The translations under genes and the position numbers were made by a program. The notes below the pieces were generated by a model. That model was not told where the DNA came from. It searched no databases and saw only the letters and a list, made by a program, of their open reading frames with translations. Positions 9,553 through 17,910 of a DNA stretch of 34,768 nt are shown piece after piece (within the stretch, counting starts at the first letter, position 1; each line of letters starts with the position of its first letter). The stretch is from a virus (Duplodnaviria; Caudoviricetes): IMG/VR virus record IMGVR_UViG_3300025600_000039, positions 1-34,768 of that record; one strand, given 5' to 3'.

Positions 9553-10539
9553 TTATGAAAAAGCATCATCTATATCATCATCCGTATTTCTTATGACATA
9601 TATTTGTGTAGTTTCAGAACTATTATGTCCAAGTAATTTTTGAGCAGATTTTATATTTTTGCCTTCTACTACAACCATGTCAGTTGCTCTTTTTTCTCTT
9701 ATCTGATGTGGATGTACTCTTCGCCCTATGAGTTCTTCAACTTCACCCATCCAATTATTAAATACATTCTCACTAACTTGATTTATTTTACCTGCGTACT
9801 TAGCTACAAACATAAATGGACAATCATCTTCTCCACGAACTTCTAACCATTTCTTCATAGCATCCATAGCTTCTGTGCTGAATTGTAGTTTCCTGACCTT
9901 CCCAGCCTTTCCAGAACCTTTACAACGTGTGTCATGTGTTTGATAATATAGAACGTCTTTCCCATCTTTGACCTTTGTTATCAATACACTATTTACATCT
10001 TCTTTCCATAATTGTCTTGATTCTTCACGCCTACATCCAGAAGAATATGTAAAATGGAGATAAGCTAATTTTTGCCATTCTTTACGTTCTGTTAGAGTTT
10101 TAATGACTAATTCCCATTCATCTTTGTCCATAGGTTGTTTTTCATGAACAAAAGCAGGAGGTGGAGCAGAAATCTTTTTCGTAATAAAGTTTTTAAAAGT
10201 AGGGTATAAATCTTCATAATATAAAATTATATATCCATTCAAAGAACTAATTGCTGCTCTTTTAAATCTTACTCCTGATGGTGACATTCCACGCCTTGTA
10301 AGCCAATTCTGAAACTTTAAAAAATCTCTGCCTTTAATTTCTAACAAGGATATATTATTAAGATTTTCATATACCCAATAAAAAAATATTCCAAGTGCTG
10401 ATTTATAACCTTCTAAAGTTTTATTACTTAATTGAGTTGATTCTAATAGAAATTCTTCTGTTGTGTCCTTGTTAAATTTATTAAATAATTCCCATTGTTC
10501 TATTTTTACAGCAGGAATTTTGTCTGCTACTTTTGCCAT
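9553..10539 (-). CDS. Tyrosine recombinase (XerC/D-like)
   Basis: SAM-like N-domain; catalytic set SSGCRREE (R), K, HPHQIRE (HxxR), LLGH, TQIY (Y). Confidence 0.92.
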   Translation of the reverse strand: MAKVADKIPAVKIEQWELFNKFNKDTTEEFLLESTQLSNKTLEGYKSALGIFFYWVYENLNNISLLEIKGRDFLKFQNWLTRRGMSPSGVRFKRAAISSLNGYIILYYEDLYPTFKNFITKKISAPPPAFVHEKQPMDKDEWELVIKTLTERKEWQKLAYLHFTYSSGCRREESRQLWKEDVNSVLITKVKDGKDVLYYQTHDTRCKGSGKAGKVRKLQFSTEAMDAMKKWLEVRGEDDCPFMFVAKYAGKINQVSENVFNNWMGEVEELIGRRVHPHQIREKRATDMVVVEGKNIKSAQKLLGHNSSETTQIYVIRNTDDDIDDAFS

Positions 10540-10608
10540 TCCGTCACCCCTTATTTTGTATTATCCTTTGTGATGTGATAATTACTTTTATATTACTTTT
10601 GTTTACAT

Positions 10609-11124
10609 CTAAACTATATCTAATCCTCTATTTCTCAATTCTTCCTTTATCCATTTAAGTGCTAACCCATCATCAATCAATTCTTTTACTGTAATATCAA
10701 AGTAAGGCTCTCTATTCTGATACCATGCATTACCATTACCACCAAACAAATTTCCACTTAGGTTTTCATTCAGAATCTCTGGAAGCCATTGTCTAACATC
10801 ATTCACAATCCAATTATTACTACCATGCATATACTTATCAGCATTAAAACTCATTCTATCAGTATCACTAAATATCTCCGCTGTAACCTCATTGCCATTT
10901 GCTGATACAATATTAGTAGGTGTGTTTAAAAACTCTTTAGATGGACTCCCAGAACCGTCCAGATAGTTAGTTCTTTGCCCATCGCCATAATCATAAATAT
11001 ACTTTTGAATATTGGATTTTAAGTGATTCATTGCTTTTTTGCCAACCACTTTCATCACTTCTAAGAGGATTTTATTAATGTATTTATTGAGATCATTGAG
11101 GTTATTGAAGTCCAAAAATTTCAC
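10609..11124 (-). CDS. Putative tail completion / HK97 gp10-like morphogenesis protein
   Basis: Helical N-terminus and C-terminal REPYFDITVKEL resembling the gp10-like R-P-F/Y motif; position in the tail module. Start may be TTG at 11115. Confidence 0.45.
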   Translation of the reverse strand: MKFLDFNNLNDLNKYINKILLEVMKVVGKKAMNHLKSNIQKYIYDYGDGQRTNYLDGSGSPSKEFLNTPTNIVSANGNEVTAEIFSDTDRMSFNADKYMHGSNNWIVNDVRQWLPEILNENLSGNLFGGNGNAWYQNREPYFDITVKELIDDGLALKWIKEELRNRGLDIV

Positions 11125-11246
11125 ACCCTTTCACATATATCAATCTACTTTGTGTTGTTTTATCACATTTTTATTACTTTGATGCACATATCACGCACGA
11201 AGTATGCATGGTTGGCACATTAAATATTAAAATCTACCGTTTCACA

Positions 11247-11804
11247 TTATCCTTCTTCTTCATCTTCACCATCAATTTCAGTATCTTCACTTACAATATC
11301 TTCAACAACTTCCAATCCCTTATTACCTATTTTGTTTTCAATTTCTGCAATCAAATTTGCATATTGCTTTACTGCTTCTGGATTTTTCTGCATCTCGTCC
11401 ATATTAGACTTAGCTCTTGCCATGAACTCATTTATTCTCTCTAACTGTGCAGGATCAAATGCTTTGAGAATCTTTTCTGCAATACCTAAATCAAACAGCA
11501 TTGTGAATAGTGCAATATCTTCTTCAAAACTTTTTGTTTCTACATTTATATCCGAGAAGTATTTTATACAAAGAAGCAAATATAGGTTTGGCACACTTAA
11601 TAAATCTTTGTAGTCAACTAAATATTGCATTTTATCTGTCAACTCATTTATAAGTTCTTGCATGGCTGTGGCTTTAAATACTGTTGAAATATTCACTACA
11701 TAATTTTCACCATTCACATCTACAGTGATTTGAGTTTGTGTAAATGTTTTTGCGTATGCTTTTTTTATTGTTGCTGGAGTTAGTTTCTTTATGGTTTGTT
11801 TCAT
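11247..11804 (-). CDS. Hypothetical protein, possible tail assembly chaperone
   Basis: Acidic helical protein with GAGGA RBS between the tail tube and tape measure genes. Confidence 0.45.
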   Translation of the reverse strand: MKQTIKKLTPATIKKAYAKTFTQTQITVDVNGENYVVNISTVFKATAMQELINELTDKMQYLVDYKDLLSVPNLYLLLCIKYFSDINVETKSFEEDIALFTMLFDLGIAEKILKAFDPAQLERINEFMARAKSNMDEMQKNPEAVKQYANLIAEIENKIGNKGLEVVEDIVSEDTEIDGEDEEEG

Positions 11805-11862
11805 ATTGTGTGTTCCTCTTTCTTTTATTTTATTTGTATTATATTTTATACTTGTTTCTACA

Positions 11863-12297
11863 CTACTTTATATCGATATAAATATCTGTTCTTACATGTT
11901 TCTTGTCATAACCACATTTGAGTGTTAAACTTTCAATATGTAAAGAATCATCATCTATTACTAATCCGCTTTCAGACATTCCGTCAAGAATGAATTTAGG
12001 AACTGTATTGTCACAGTCCTTACGAATTTTGGTTTTGAAGTAAGATATAAAAGTCATTTCACACTTGTCTATCTTTTTATTGCTTAAACCACAATCTTCT
12101 ACAAACCATACTATAAACTCTTTCCATGTCTGTTTTAACCCATTCATCATAGGTCTTTTCATTATCATCCATTTGTTAATGCTTGGATGGGTAGGTGTTT
12201 CAATAGGTATTTTTTTACGTCTTGGATTTTTCTTAAAATAGTATTTATTATACTTTTCTAAAACTGCATAATCTATTGTCAATTTTATTTGTTCCAC
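11863..12297 (-). CDS. rusA: RusA-family Holliday junction resolvase (probable start GTG 12297)
   Basis: PSIN and RKDCDNTVPKFILDGMSESGLVIDDD motifs (DxDN...K...D...DD); AAGGAGG RBS before GTG. Confidence 0.85.
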   Translation of the reverse strand: MEQIKLTIDYAVLEKYNKYYFKKNPRRKKIPIETPTHPSINKWMIMKRPMMNGLKQTWKEFIVWFVEDCGLSNKKIDKCEMTFISYFKTKIRKDCDNTVPKFILDGMSESGLVIDDDSLHIESLTLKCGYDKKHVRTDIYIDIK

Positions 12298-12374
12298 TTT
12301 TTTCCTCCTTAAATTTTTTAAACTTGTCCACACAATGCTTGTCCCACAAAATCTATGTAAATATTTCTATATAT

Positions 12375-12410
12375 TAAAAAGAACGATACATAGTTAAAAT
12401 GTATCGAACT
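12375..12410 (-). terminator. Probable terminator closing the ATPase/microprotein operon
   Basis: CGATACA/TGTATCG inverted repeat followed by UUCUUUUU on the minus strand. Confidence 0.55.
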
Positions 12411-12450
12411 TTATTGTTTTCGCTTTTAAATTGTATTGTCTAATCTATCT

Positions 12451-12603
12451 CTAATTATTTATCTGAACAAACTTTCTATTTCTGTAAGTTCTGATCCTAT
12501 CTTCCTTATCCATTAATTTCTTGTTTCTCTTAATTTTTCTTATGGCTTCGGCTGTAAAATGTATTGTGCAAATTCCAATAATATAAGTAGATATGCCTAT
12601 CAT
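12451..12603 (-). CDS. Uncalled 50-aa microprotein, hydrophobic N-terminus plus basic tail
   Basis: GAAAGAGGT RBS 7 nt before ATG; MIGISTYIIGICTIHFTAEAIRKIKRNKKLMDKEDRIRTYRNRKFVQINN. Confidence 0.65.
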   Translation of the reverse strand: MIGISTYIIGICTIHFTAEAIRKIKRNKKLMDKEDRIRTYRNRKFVQINN

Positions 12604-12646
12604 GGTTATAACCTCTTTCGTGTTTTTATTTTGGATTGATTGAATG

Positions 12647-12769
12647 TTATATAATTCTAAACCTTATATGCTTGTTTCTAAATTGTGATATATAATAACT
12701 AATAAGACCTGCTGAAGCAATCAAAATTGTTATAAGAGCAATTAAATACATTAAATCTGTTATTGTCAT
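12647..12769 (-). CDS. Uncalled 40-aa single-TM microprotein
   Basis: AGAAGG RBS; MTITDLMYLIALITILIASAGLISYYISQFRNKHIRFRII. Confidence 0.6.
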   Translation of the reverse strand: MTITDLMYLIALITILIASAGLISYYISQFRNKHIRFRII

Positions 12770-12828
12770 GTGTTTATGCCTTCTTTTTTTTGTTGGATTT
12801 TTGAATGGATGCTAAATAATTGTAAATC

Positions 12829-12933
12829 TTATAATTTTCTCTTTTTTAAATTTTTAAATATAAAACCTAACGTTACTACTTCTGTTGTGATAATAAGTAA
12901 ATTGTAAATAATTAATGCAGTTCCTGTTAACAT
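12829..12933 (-). CDS. Uncalled 34-aa single-TM microprotein
   Basis: GAAAGAGGT RBS; MLTGTALIIYNLLIITTEVVTLGFIFKNLKKRKL. Confidence 0.65.
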   Translation of the reverse strand: MLTGTALIIYNLLIITTEVVTLGFIFKNLKKRKL

Positions 12934-12977
12934 AATCAAAAACCTCTTTCAAAATAAATTTAAGAATAAACTATTTA

Positions 12978-15287
12978 CTAATCCTTTTTATAAGGTAATT
13001 TAGTTATAAATTTAGCAATTCCTCCCTCGTAATTAATCAAATTCAAGCTACTGTATTGTGGTAATACTTGCATATCTTCTAATGTATATGGATAAATCTC
13101 GTCTTTGAACTCATCAAATGAAGTCCTTGAACTTCCCTTCATCAACATGTATGACGAACCGCTGGCTTTTAACATAGGATTTATAATTCCAATTTGCTTT
13201 AAAAATTGACAACTAAATACAAATTTACAACCAAATTTTCTTGTTTGAGGTGGTATCTGTTCTTCATTTAATAATTTCATTGAAGTTGGGGCTTGGAAGA
13301 TTTCATCAACAATTATATGCATTCTTTTTGGTTGTTCATGCATATCACCTCTTGCGATAGCCACGCTCCATATTTTCGTAAGTAGATAGGTTACCAAAAT
13401 ATTTTTAGCATAAGGTGATGGAAATTCAGACTGTGGAATTTTAAATAATACAATTTTCCCATCTTCCATTGCTTTGACTAAATTAATATTATTCTCCGTT
13501 GATTTATTAAACATAACCTTCAATTTTAAATCCTTTTTAAGCAAATTAACTCTATGCTCAATGTGTTCAATTTTACTGAATTTAGTTCCAATAACTTCAC
13601 CTGCATTTTCACCTTTACCTGATCTTTCATCAAGTTCTAATAAAGCAGCTATTTCATCTTCTAAAATTTCCCTATATTCATTTGGAATTGCATCAATATA
13701 TTTATGTCTTACTTCTGGACGTTCAAGACACCTTATTACATCTCTTAGACTGGCATTAGCATCCAACATTGTTATATTACTAGCTGCTGACAAATATCTA
13801 TCCATTTGAGTTGATAAAGGTTCACCATCAACATTGATAGAATTTATTAAACTTGAAATATAAATTGCTTTCAGATTTGCAACTTCTAATAATCCACGTT
13901 TTTTATTTGGTTTTAATTCATTATATCCAATTCCTTGAGCGTCTTTTATTTGAGAAATGTCTATTTCAATTATTTTATCTGACGGCATAATTTTACGAAC
14001 TGAATCAGCTAATTCACATCCTTTGATAAAATCTATCAATATTATACCTTCATTACGTTTTTCAGCACATCTACAATAATTCTTAATAAATGTTGTTTTT
14101 CCACTTCCTTGTTCACCAATTAATACAAGAGGGAAATTACCTTGATCATAATTATCACGCAAAAATGCTTCTGTTTCAGTTCCTTTACACATGCTTTTAC
14201 CTAAACTAATATATCCTGTTTGTAATTCTTTTGGTACTTCAGTTTCGATGGTGTTTGTAGAAGAAATAAAATGATATTCTTCAAGGAGTTCTCTGGCGGG
14301 CAAACTCAATAAATTACCTGCCTCTTCACAGCAAAGTCTTAGTTTTTCCACCCCATCTATTTTATATTTTGTAAAATCAGTAACACCTTTCTTTAATTTT
14401 TTTCCCTCTAAATCATTATCAGCGGTTATACTCTTAAATGCTTCACAAGCTGAAAGTGCATTATTTGTTTGCCTTGATTTATTAGGACTTTCTGATAATA
14501 CAAGAATTTGTGTATCAATTATAATACTTTCTCTTTTTTGTTTTGTAGCAGTACATAAAGGTTTTTCATCTAAAGCAGATGTGAGTCTAAAAATGTTTGT
14601 TTCCTTTTTCATATTTTGACCTATTAGAGCAAATCCTGTATCTAATACTATATTACTAATATCTACTATAAATGTAACCATCATCTTTGCACAATACCAA
14701 AAAGACATCTTTTCAAAATCGATTGGATGATTTTCATTTAATTTTACAATAGTACCATCATAATCTTTTCTCCAATAACGTTGATTAACTGGAATAAAGT
14801 TGTAGAATATACCAACCTTTTCTCCCTCTTCAATAATATTTAAAGTGTTTAAGATACTTGCAAGAAGTGTATTTGACCTCTTGTCGGTTGCAAGGGACAT
14901 AGCATCTTCTTTACTATACACACATTTTTTTCTTGTCGCATTAATACTAAAATTTGGTAATTCATCAACTTTTTCGATTGTAATGCCCTTCCAACTGTCC
15001 AAAATTTTATCTCTGAGTAATCCCTCATAGACTTTCGGAATGATAAAATAAAAACTAACATCATTTTTCTCCATATATATATAGTAAGAAACTTTCATAG
15101 GTGCTTCAAAAAATAGTTTCCAATTATGAAATTTAACTGTTTGAAATAGATTTTTGTAAATAATAGCCATTGCTTTTGCAATTTTATCACTATTATAATT
15201 ACGAATTGACTTCATTGGCTTTAGCTTCAGATATATATATTCTGGACGAACATATTCAAAATAACTAGATAATTTCATAGCTTTCAT
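12978..15287 (-). CDS. HerA/FtsK-superfamily pumping ATPase (VirB4/VirD4/TrwB-like)
   Basis: Walker A GEQGSGKT, ILIDFIKG strand, helical insert, Walker B IIVDEIFQA, TRKFG arginine finger and FSCQ sensor; about 350-aa N-terminal region. Confidence 0.8.
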   Translation of the reverse strand: MKAMKLSSYFEYVRPEYIYLKLKPMKSIRNYNSDKIAKAMAIIYKNLFQTVKFHNWKLFFEAPMKVSYYIYMEKNDVSFYFIIPKVYEGLLRDKILDSWKGITIEKVDELPNFSINATRKKCVYSKEDAMSLATDKRSNTLLASILNTLNIIEEGEKVGIFYNFIPVNQRYWRKDYDGTIVKLNENHPIDFEKMSFWYCAKMMVTFIVDISNIVLDTGFALIGQNMKKETNIFRLTSALDEKPLCTATKQKRESIIIDTQILVLSESPNKSRQTNNALSACEAFKSITADNDLEGKKLKKGVTDFTKYKIDGVEKLRLCCEEAGNLLSLPARELLEEYHFISSTNTIETEVPKELQTGYISLGKSMCKGTETEAFLRDNYDQGNFPLVLIGEQGSGKTTFIKNYCRCAEKRNEGIILIDFIKGCELADSVRKIMPSDKIIEIDISQIKDAQGIGYNELKPNKKRGLLEVANLKAIYISSLINSINVDGEPLSTQMDRYLSAASNITMLDANASLRDVIRCLERPEVRHKYIDAIPNEYREILEDEIAALLELDERSGKGENAGEVIGTKFSKIEHIEHRVNLLKKDLKLKVMFNKSTENNINLVKAMEDGKIVLFKIPQSEFPSPYAKNILVTYLLTKIWSVAIARGDMHEQPKRMHIIVDEIFQAPTSMKLLNEEQIPPQTRKFGCKFVFSCQFLKQIGIINPMLKASGSSYMLMKGSSRTSFDEFKDEIYPYTLEDMQVLPQYSSLNLINYEGGIAKFITKLPYKKD

Positions 15288-15291
15288 ATTA

Positions 15292-15600
15292 TCACGCTTT
15301 CAAAGTAAAATTAAATACTTCAATTAACATATAGGTTAAGGAAGTAAAACCAACCCATTGGACACATCTCTTATCCTTCATAAAAGCGTAATAAATTAAT
15401 AATATTACACAAGCAAGACAAGAAACCCAAAACGCACTTTGAACTGTGCATTGCCACGCATTACTTAAAAAACCAAGTATAGCATGACCCAACTGATCCC
15501 ATATAGTAAATGTTGGAAGCTCCTTCACATTTTTTGGATCAACCCACGGAGCATAATTTTGGTTTAAAATTGTAGGTATAAAATTTCCAAAATTTAACAT
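15292..15600 (-). CDS. Small membrane protein (2 predicted TM)
   Basis: Hydrophobic segments FWVSCLACVILLIYYAF and WVGFTSLTYMLI; tightly coupled to neighbours (1-4 nt gaps). Confidence 0.7.
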   Translation of the reverse strand: MLNFGNFIPTILNQNYAPWVDPKNVKELPTFTIWDQLGHAILGFLSNAWQCTVQSAFWVSCLACVILLIYYAFMKDKRCVQWVGFTSLTYMLIEVFNFTLKA

Positions 15601-15601
15601 A

Positions 15602-16006
15602 TTATAACCCCCTAAAAATGTCGGCTATCATACGAAGCATAATTGGAACTCCAAATATTGCTGCAACAACTAATACATAAAAGAATACTTTTTTACCTAG
15701 ACTATGAGTGTCAGCATCCTTTATACTGGCTAATACATCAATTACTGCTTTTATGGAAATAATTCCAACTGAAAGACCTTGAATTGTTCCTAAAATTGTA
15801 TTACACTGTTTATTAAACCCTGATAAATTAGCTGCCACAGATATTACATCTGGATTATTTAATTGAGTTAGTTCTGTTATACCACAAGCAATTAAAATAG
15901 CTATTCCTATGGATGCAGATGTTGAAATTGGTTGTTTAACAACTGAATTTTTAAAATTTTCCCATATTTTTCCTATCCTTAAATCAATGCAAGCTGAATT
16001 TGACAT
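15602..16006 (-). CDS. TrbC/VirB2 pilin-like membrane protein
   Basis: Signal-like N-terminal hydrophobic segment, then a helical hairpin ILGTIQGLSVGIISIKAVIDVL-charged loop-VFFYVLVVAAIFGVPIML; GGAGG RBS. Confidence 0.55.
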   Translation of the reverse strand: MSNSACIDLRIGKIWENFKNSVVKQPISTSASIGIAILIACGITELTQLNNPDVISVAANLSGFNKQCNTILGTIQGLSVGIISIKAVIDVLASIKDADTHSLGKKVFFYVLVVAAIFGVPIMLRMIADIFRGL

Positions 16007-16017
16007 AATTAACCTCC

Positions 16018-16046
16018 GAATAAAATTGAATTTGGTGGGTAAACTA
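16018..16046 (+). promoter_or_regulatory. SigF/SigG-like forespore promoter candidate
   Basis: GAATA-N15-GGTAAACTA; the -10 fits GGHRARHTX and the -35 fits GHATR. Confidence 0.5.
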
Positions 16047-16080
16047 TTGATAGAACTTAAAATTGAAAGGAATGATTCAT

Positions 16081-16146
16081 ATGACAGTTTTAATTGCTTT
16101 GGCTGTATATATTGGTTGTGAAGTAGTAAAAGTATTCTGTTTATAA
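16081..16146 (+). CDS. Uncalled 21-aa hydrophobic peptide, divergent from the pilin-like gene
   Basis: GAAAGGA RBS 9 nt upstream; MTVLIALAVYIGCEVVKVFCL; alternative in-frame ATG at 16072. Confidence 0.55.
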   Translation: MTVLIALAVYIGCEVVKVFCL

Positions 16147-16297
16147 AAATAAATATTTAAAATAATGGATAAAACCTCAAGGACATGCACAAAAGGTATG
16201 TGTCAAATCATAAGCTATTAGTGAAGCGAAATCGCAGTGCAACGCGATGTAGCCACTAAGAGCTGATTGGTCTATGTCCGCCCATTTTATATATACC

Positions 16298-16567
16298 TTA
16301 AAACCCAAGTAAGTCGTTTATTGAACTAACAACATTATCTCCAATAACTTCAATATTGGAGTTATTTTTTTGCCCTTTATTTAATTCTTCCCTTATTAAT
16401 TCTTTAACCATTTCTTTTAGGTCTATATCAACTTTATTTTCCATATCTTTTCTTATGAGGGAAATAATATAGTTACTGGCATTTATTTTTGTCATTAAGA
16501 ATTGGTATACATCAAAATCTTTTTTAGTAAATGAAATAGATTTGTACTTATTATCATTTTTTAGCAT
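16298..16567 (-). CDS. ParR-like ribbon-helix-helix adaptor
   Basis: YKSISFTKKDFDVYQFL...ASNYIISLIRKDM RHH pattern; amphipathic C-terminal INDLLGF; overlaps the end of parM. Confidence 0.75.
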   Translation of the reverse strand: MLKNDNKYKSISFTKKDFDVYQFLMTKINASNYIISLIRKDMENKVDIDLKEMVKELIREELNKGQKNNSNIEVIGDNVVSSINDLLGF

Positions 16568-17477
16568 TTAGTATTTCTCCTATTCTGAGGAAGCCGTTTG
16601 CATTATCAAATATTGCATTATCTGAAATAGAAGCATTTGGTAATTTTGTATGGATTTGGCTTTCAAGCATAATTGAGCCTCCTCCTGTGAAACAAATTTT
16701 TAGATTTTTAACGTCCCAATTATATTTCTTGGCTTCATTTATGATTACATCAATATGAGAACTTAGCACATTATCAACTATATTATTTATTTCCTTATTA
16801 CTTCGATCTTTGATTACATAATCTATTTGATAATCTTGATAATTTGATGAAAAGACATTGTTAAGTTCTCGCTTTACTTTTCCTTGTAATATTGAACCTC
16901 CTTCATTAATTGTAAATGCAGATGAATTGATAATTTTTAAATTCTTTATGAGGCTGGCGTTCGTATTTAAACCGCCTATGTCGATAACTCCAAAAATTTG
17001 ATTTTCATTTTTCTTAATATCATTAAAGACATAACCTAGACTTTCTGGCAGGACTAATATATCGACTATATTAAAACGTCTATTTTCATTATTAACCTTA
17101 ATATTGATTAACTTTTCTTCCATTAAAAATTGTTTGTATTCTTCACGTTTTTCTACATTAAAAAATACAGACAATGGACAACCAGTAATAATTTTTACTT
17201 CTGCAAATCGATCTCCTATGAGATTGCTTATTGCTAAATACATTGCAAGTTTATGTTGCATTGTGGCTTTAGTGGTATCATAGCTACTATAAAAAGCATC
17301 TTCGCCTATTAAATGTCTAATTCCTTTATGTTCTAATACATATGTCTTACTATTAAATAATCCTTCTCCACTACATACTTGTGATTTTGTTTTAAAGATT
17401 AGCTTTTGAATATTCCCATTACTGTCACGCATAGTAGCCTTAGTGGAATCTTTGCCCATATCAACTGCTATTATCAT
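16554..17477 (-). CDS. parM: ParM/StbA actin-like segregation ATPase
   Basis: Actin-fold motifs AVDMGKDSTK, VLPES, IDIGGLNTN, FTGGG, DNANGF. Confidence 0.9.
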   Translation of the reverse strand: MIIAVDMGKDSTKATMRDSNGNIQKLIFKTKSQVCSGEGLFNSKTYVLEHKGIRHLIGEDAFYSSYDTTKATMQHKLAMYLAISNLIGDRFAEVKIITGCPLSVFFNVEKREEYKQFLMEEKLINIKVNNENRRFNIVDILVLPESLGYVFNDIKKNENQIFGVIDIGGLNTNASLIKNLKIINSSAFTINEGGSILQGKVKRELNNVFSSNYQDYQIDYVIKDRSNKEINNIVDNVLSSHIDVIINEAKKYNWDVKNLKICFTGGGSIMLESQIHTKLPNASISDNAIFDNANGFLRIGEILNAKK

Positions 17478-17683
17478 CTAACTCAACCTCTCTTGTTTAC
17501 TTTATATTTCATTATACGAGAATTTGCTGTTTATGTTACATATGTTAGAAAATAAATGATTTATTTGTCATAAATATTTTATTTTCTAATACCGCTTTTA
17601 TTTTCTCTTGAATACCCTCTGCTTTCAAAGGACATTCGACAAAAATTAAAATGAAATCAATGTTTTGTTGTAATATTGCATTA

Positions 17684-17716
17684 AAAATAAACCGACTTGC
17701 ATACACAAATCGGCTA
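17684..17716 (-). terminator. Intrinsic terminator downstream of the lysis cassette
   Basis: GCCGAUUUG-UGUAUG-CAAGUCGGU followed by UUAUUUUU. Confidence 0.65.
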
Positions 17717-17901
17717 TTTCTTTGCTATTCTTTTGCTAATTCTTTGCTATTGTGTAAATAGTTCCCTTAACTGATTTAAATATCCCAAACCTAAGATTTC
17801 TAAACAACCTATAACATTTGAAAAATTTAGATATTCTTTTTTTGAATTGATTTATAATATATCACCAATCTTTGCTATTAATTTGCTATTGTTTTGTCAT
17901 T
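17713..17901. repeat. Two clusters of TTTGCTATT-like direct repeats with 11-bp period (parC-like centromere candidate)
   Basis: Copies at 17721, 17732, 17743 (plus a partial at 17713) and 17871, 17882, 17893; upstream of parM-parR. Confidence 0.7.
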
Positions 17902-17910
17902 CTTTTATCA

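Noticed and set aside
9292-9846. Short ORFs 9292..9486 (-), 9404..9643 (+) and 9640..9846 (+)
   Set aside because: No RBS; they run through promoter/repeat DNA or are antisense to the recombinase.
12323-12350. Short direct repeat CTTGTCC(C)ACA upstream of rusA
   Set aside because: Only two imperfect copies; no supportable function.
12978-16006. Complete conjugative element or ICE
   Set aside because: No relaxase, second ATPase or channel proteins recognisable in the window, and the block is flanked by continuous phage late genes.
15909-16121. 70-aa plus-strand ORF
   Set aside because: Overlaps the pilin-like gene antisense and lacks an RBS; the 21-aa ORF at 16081 in another frame has the better signals.
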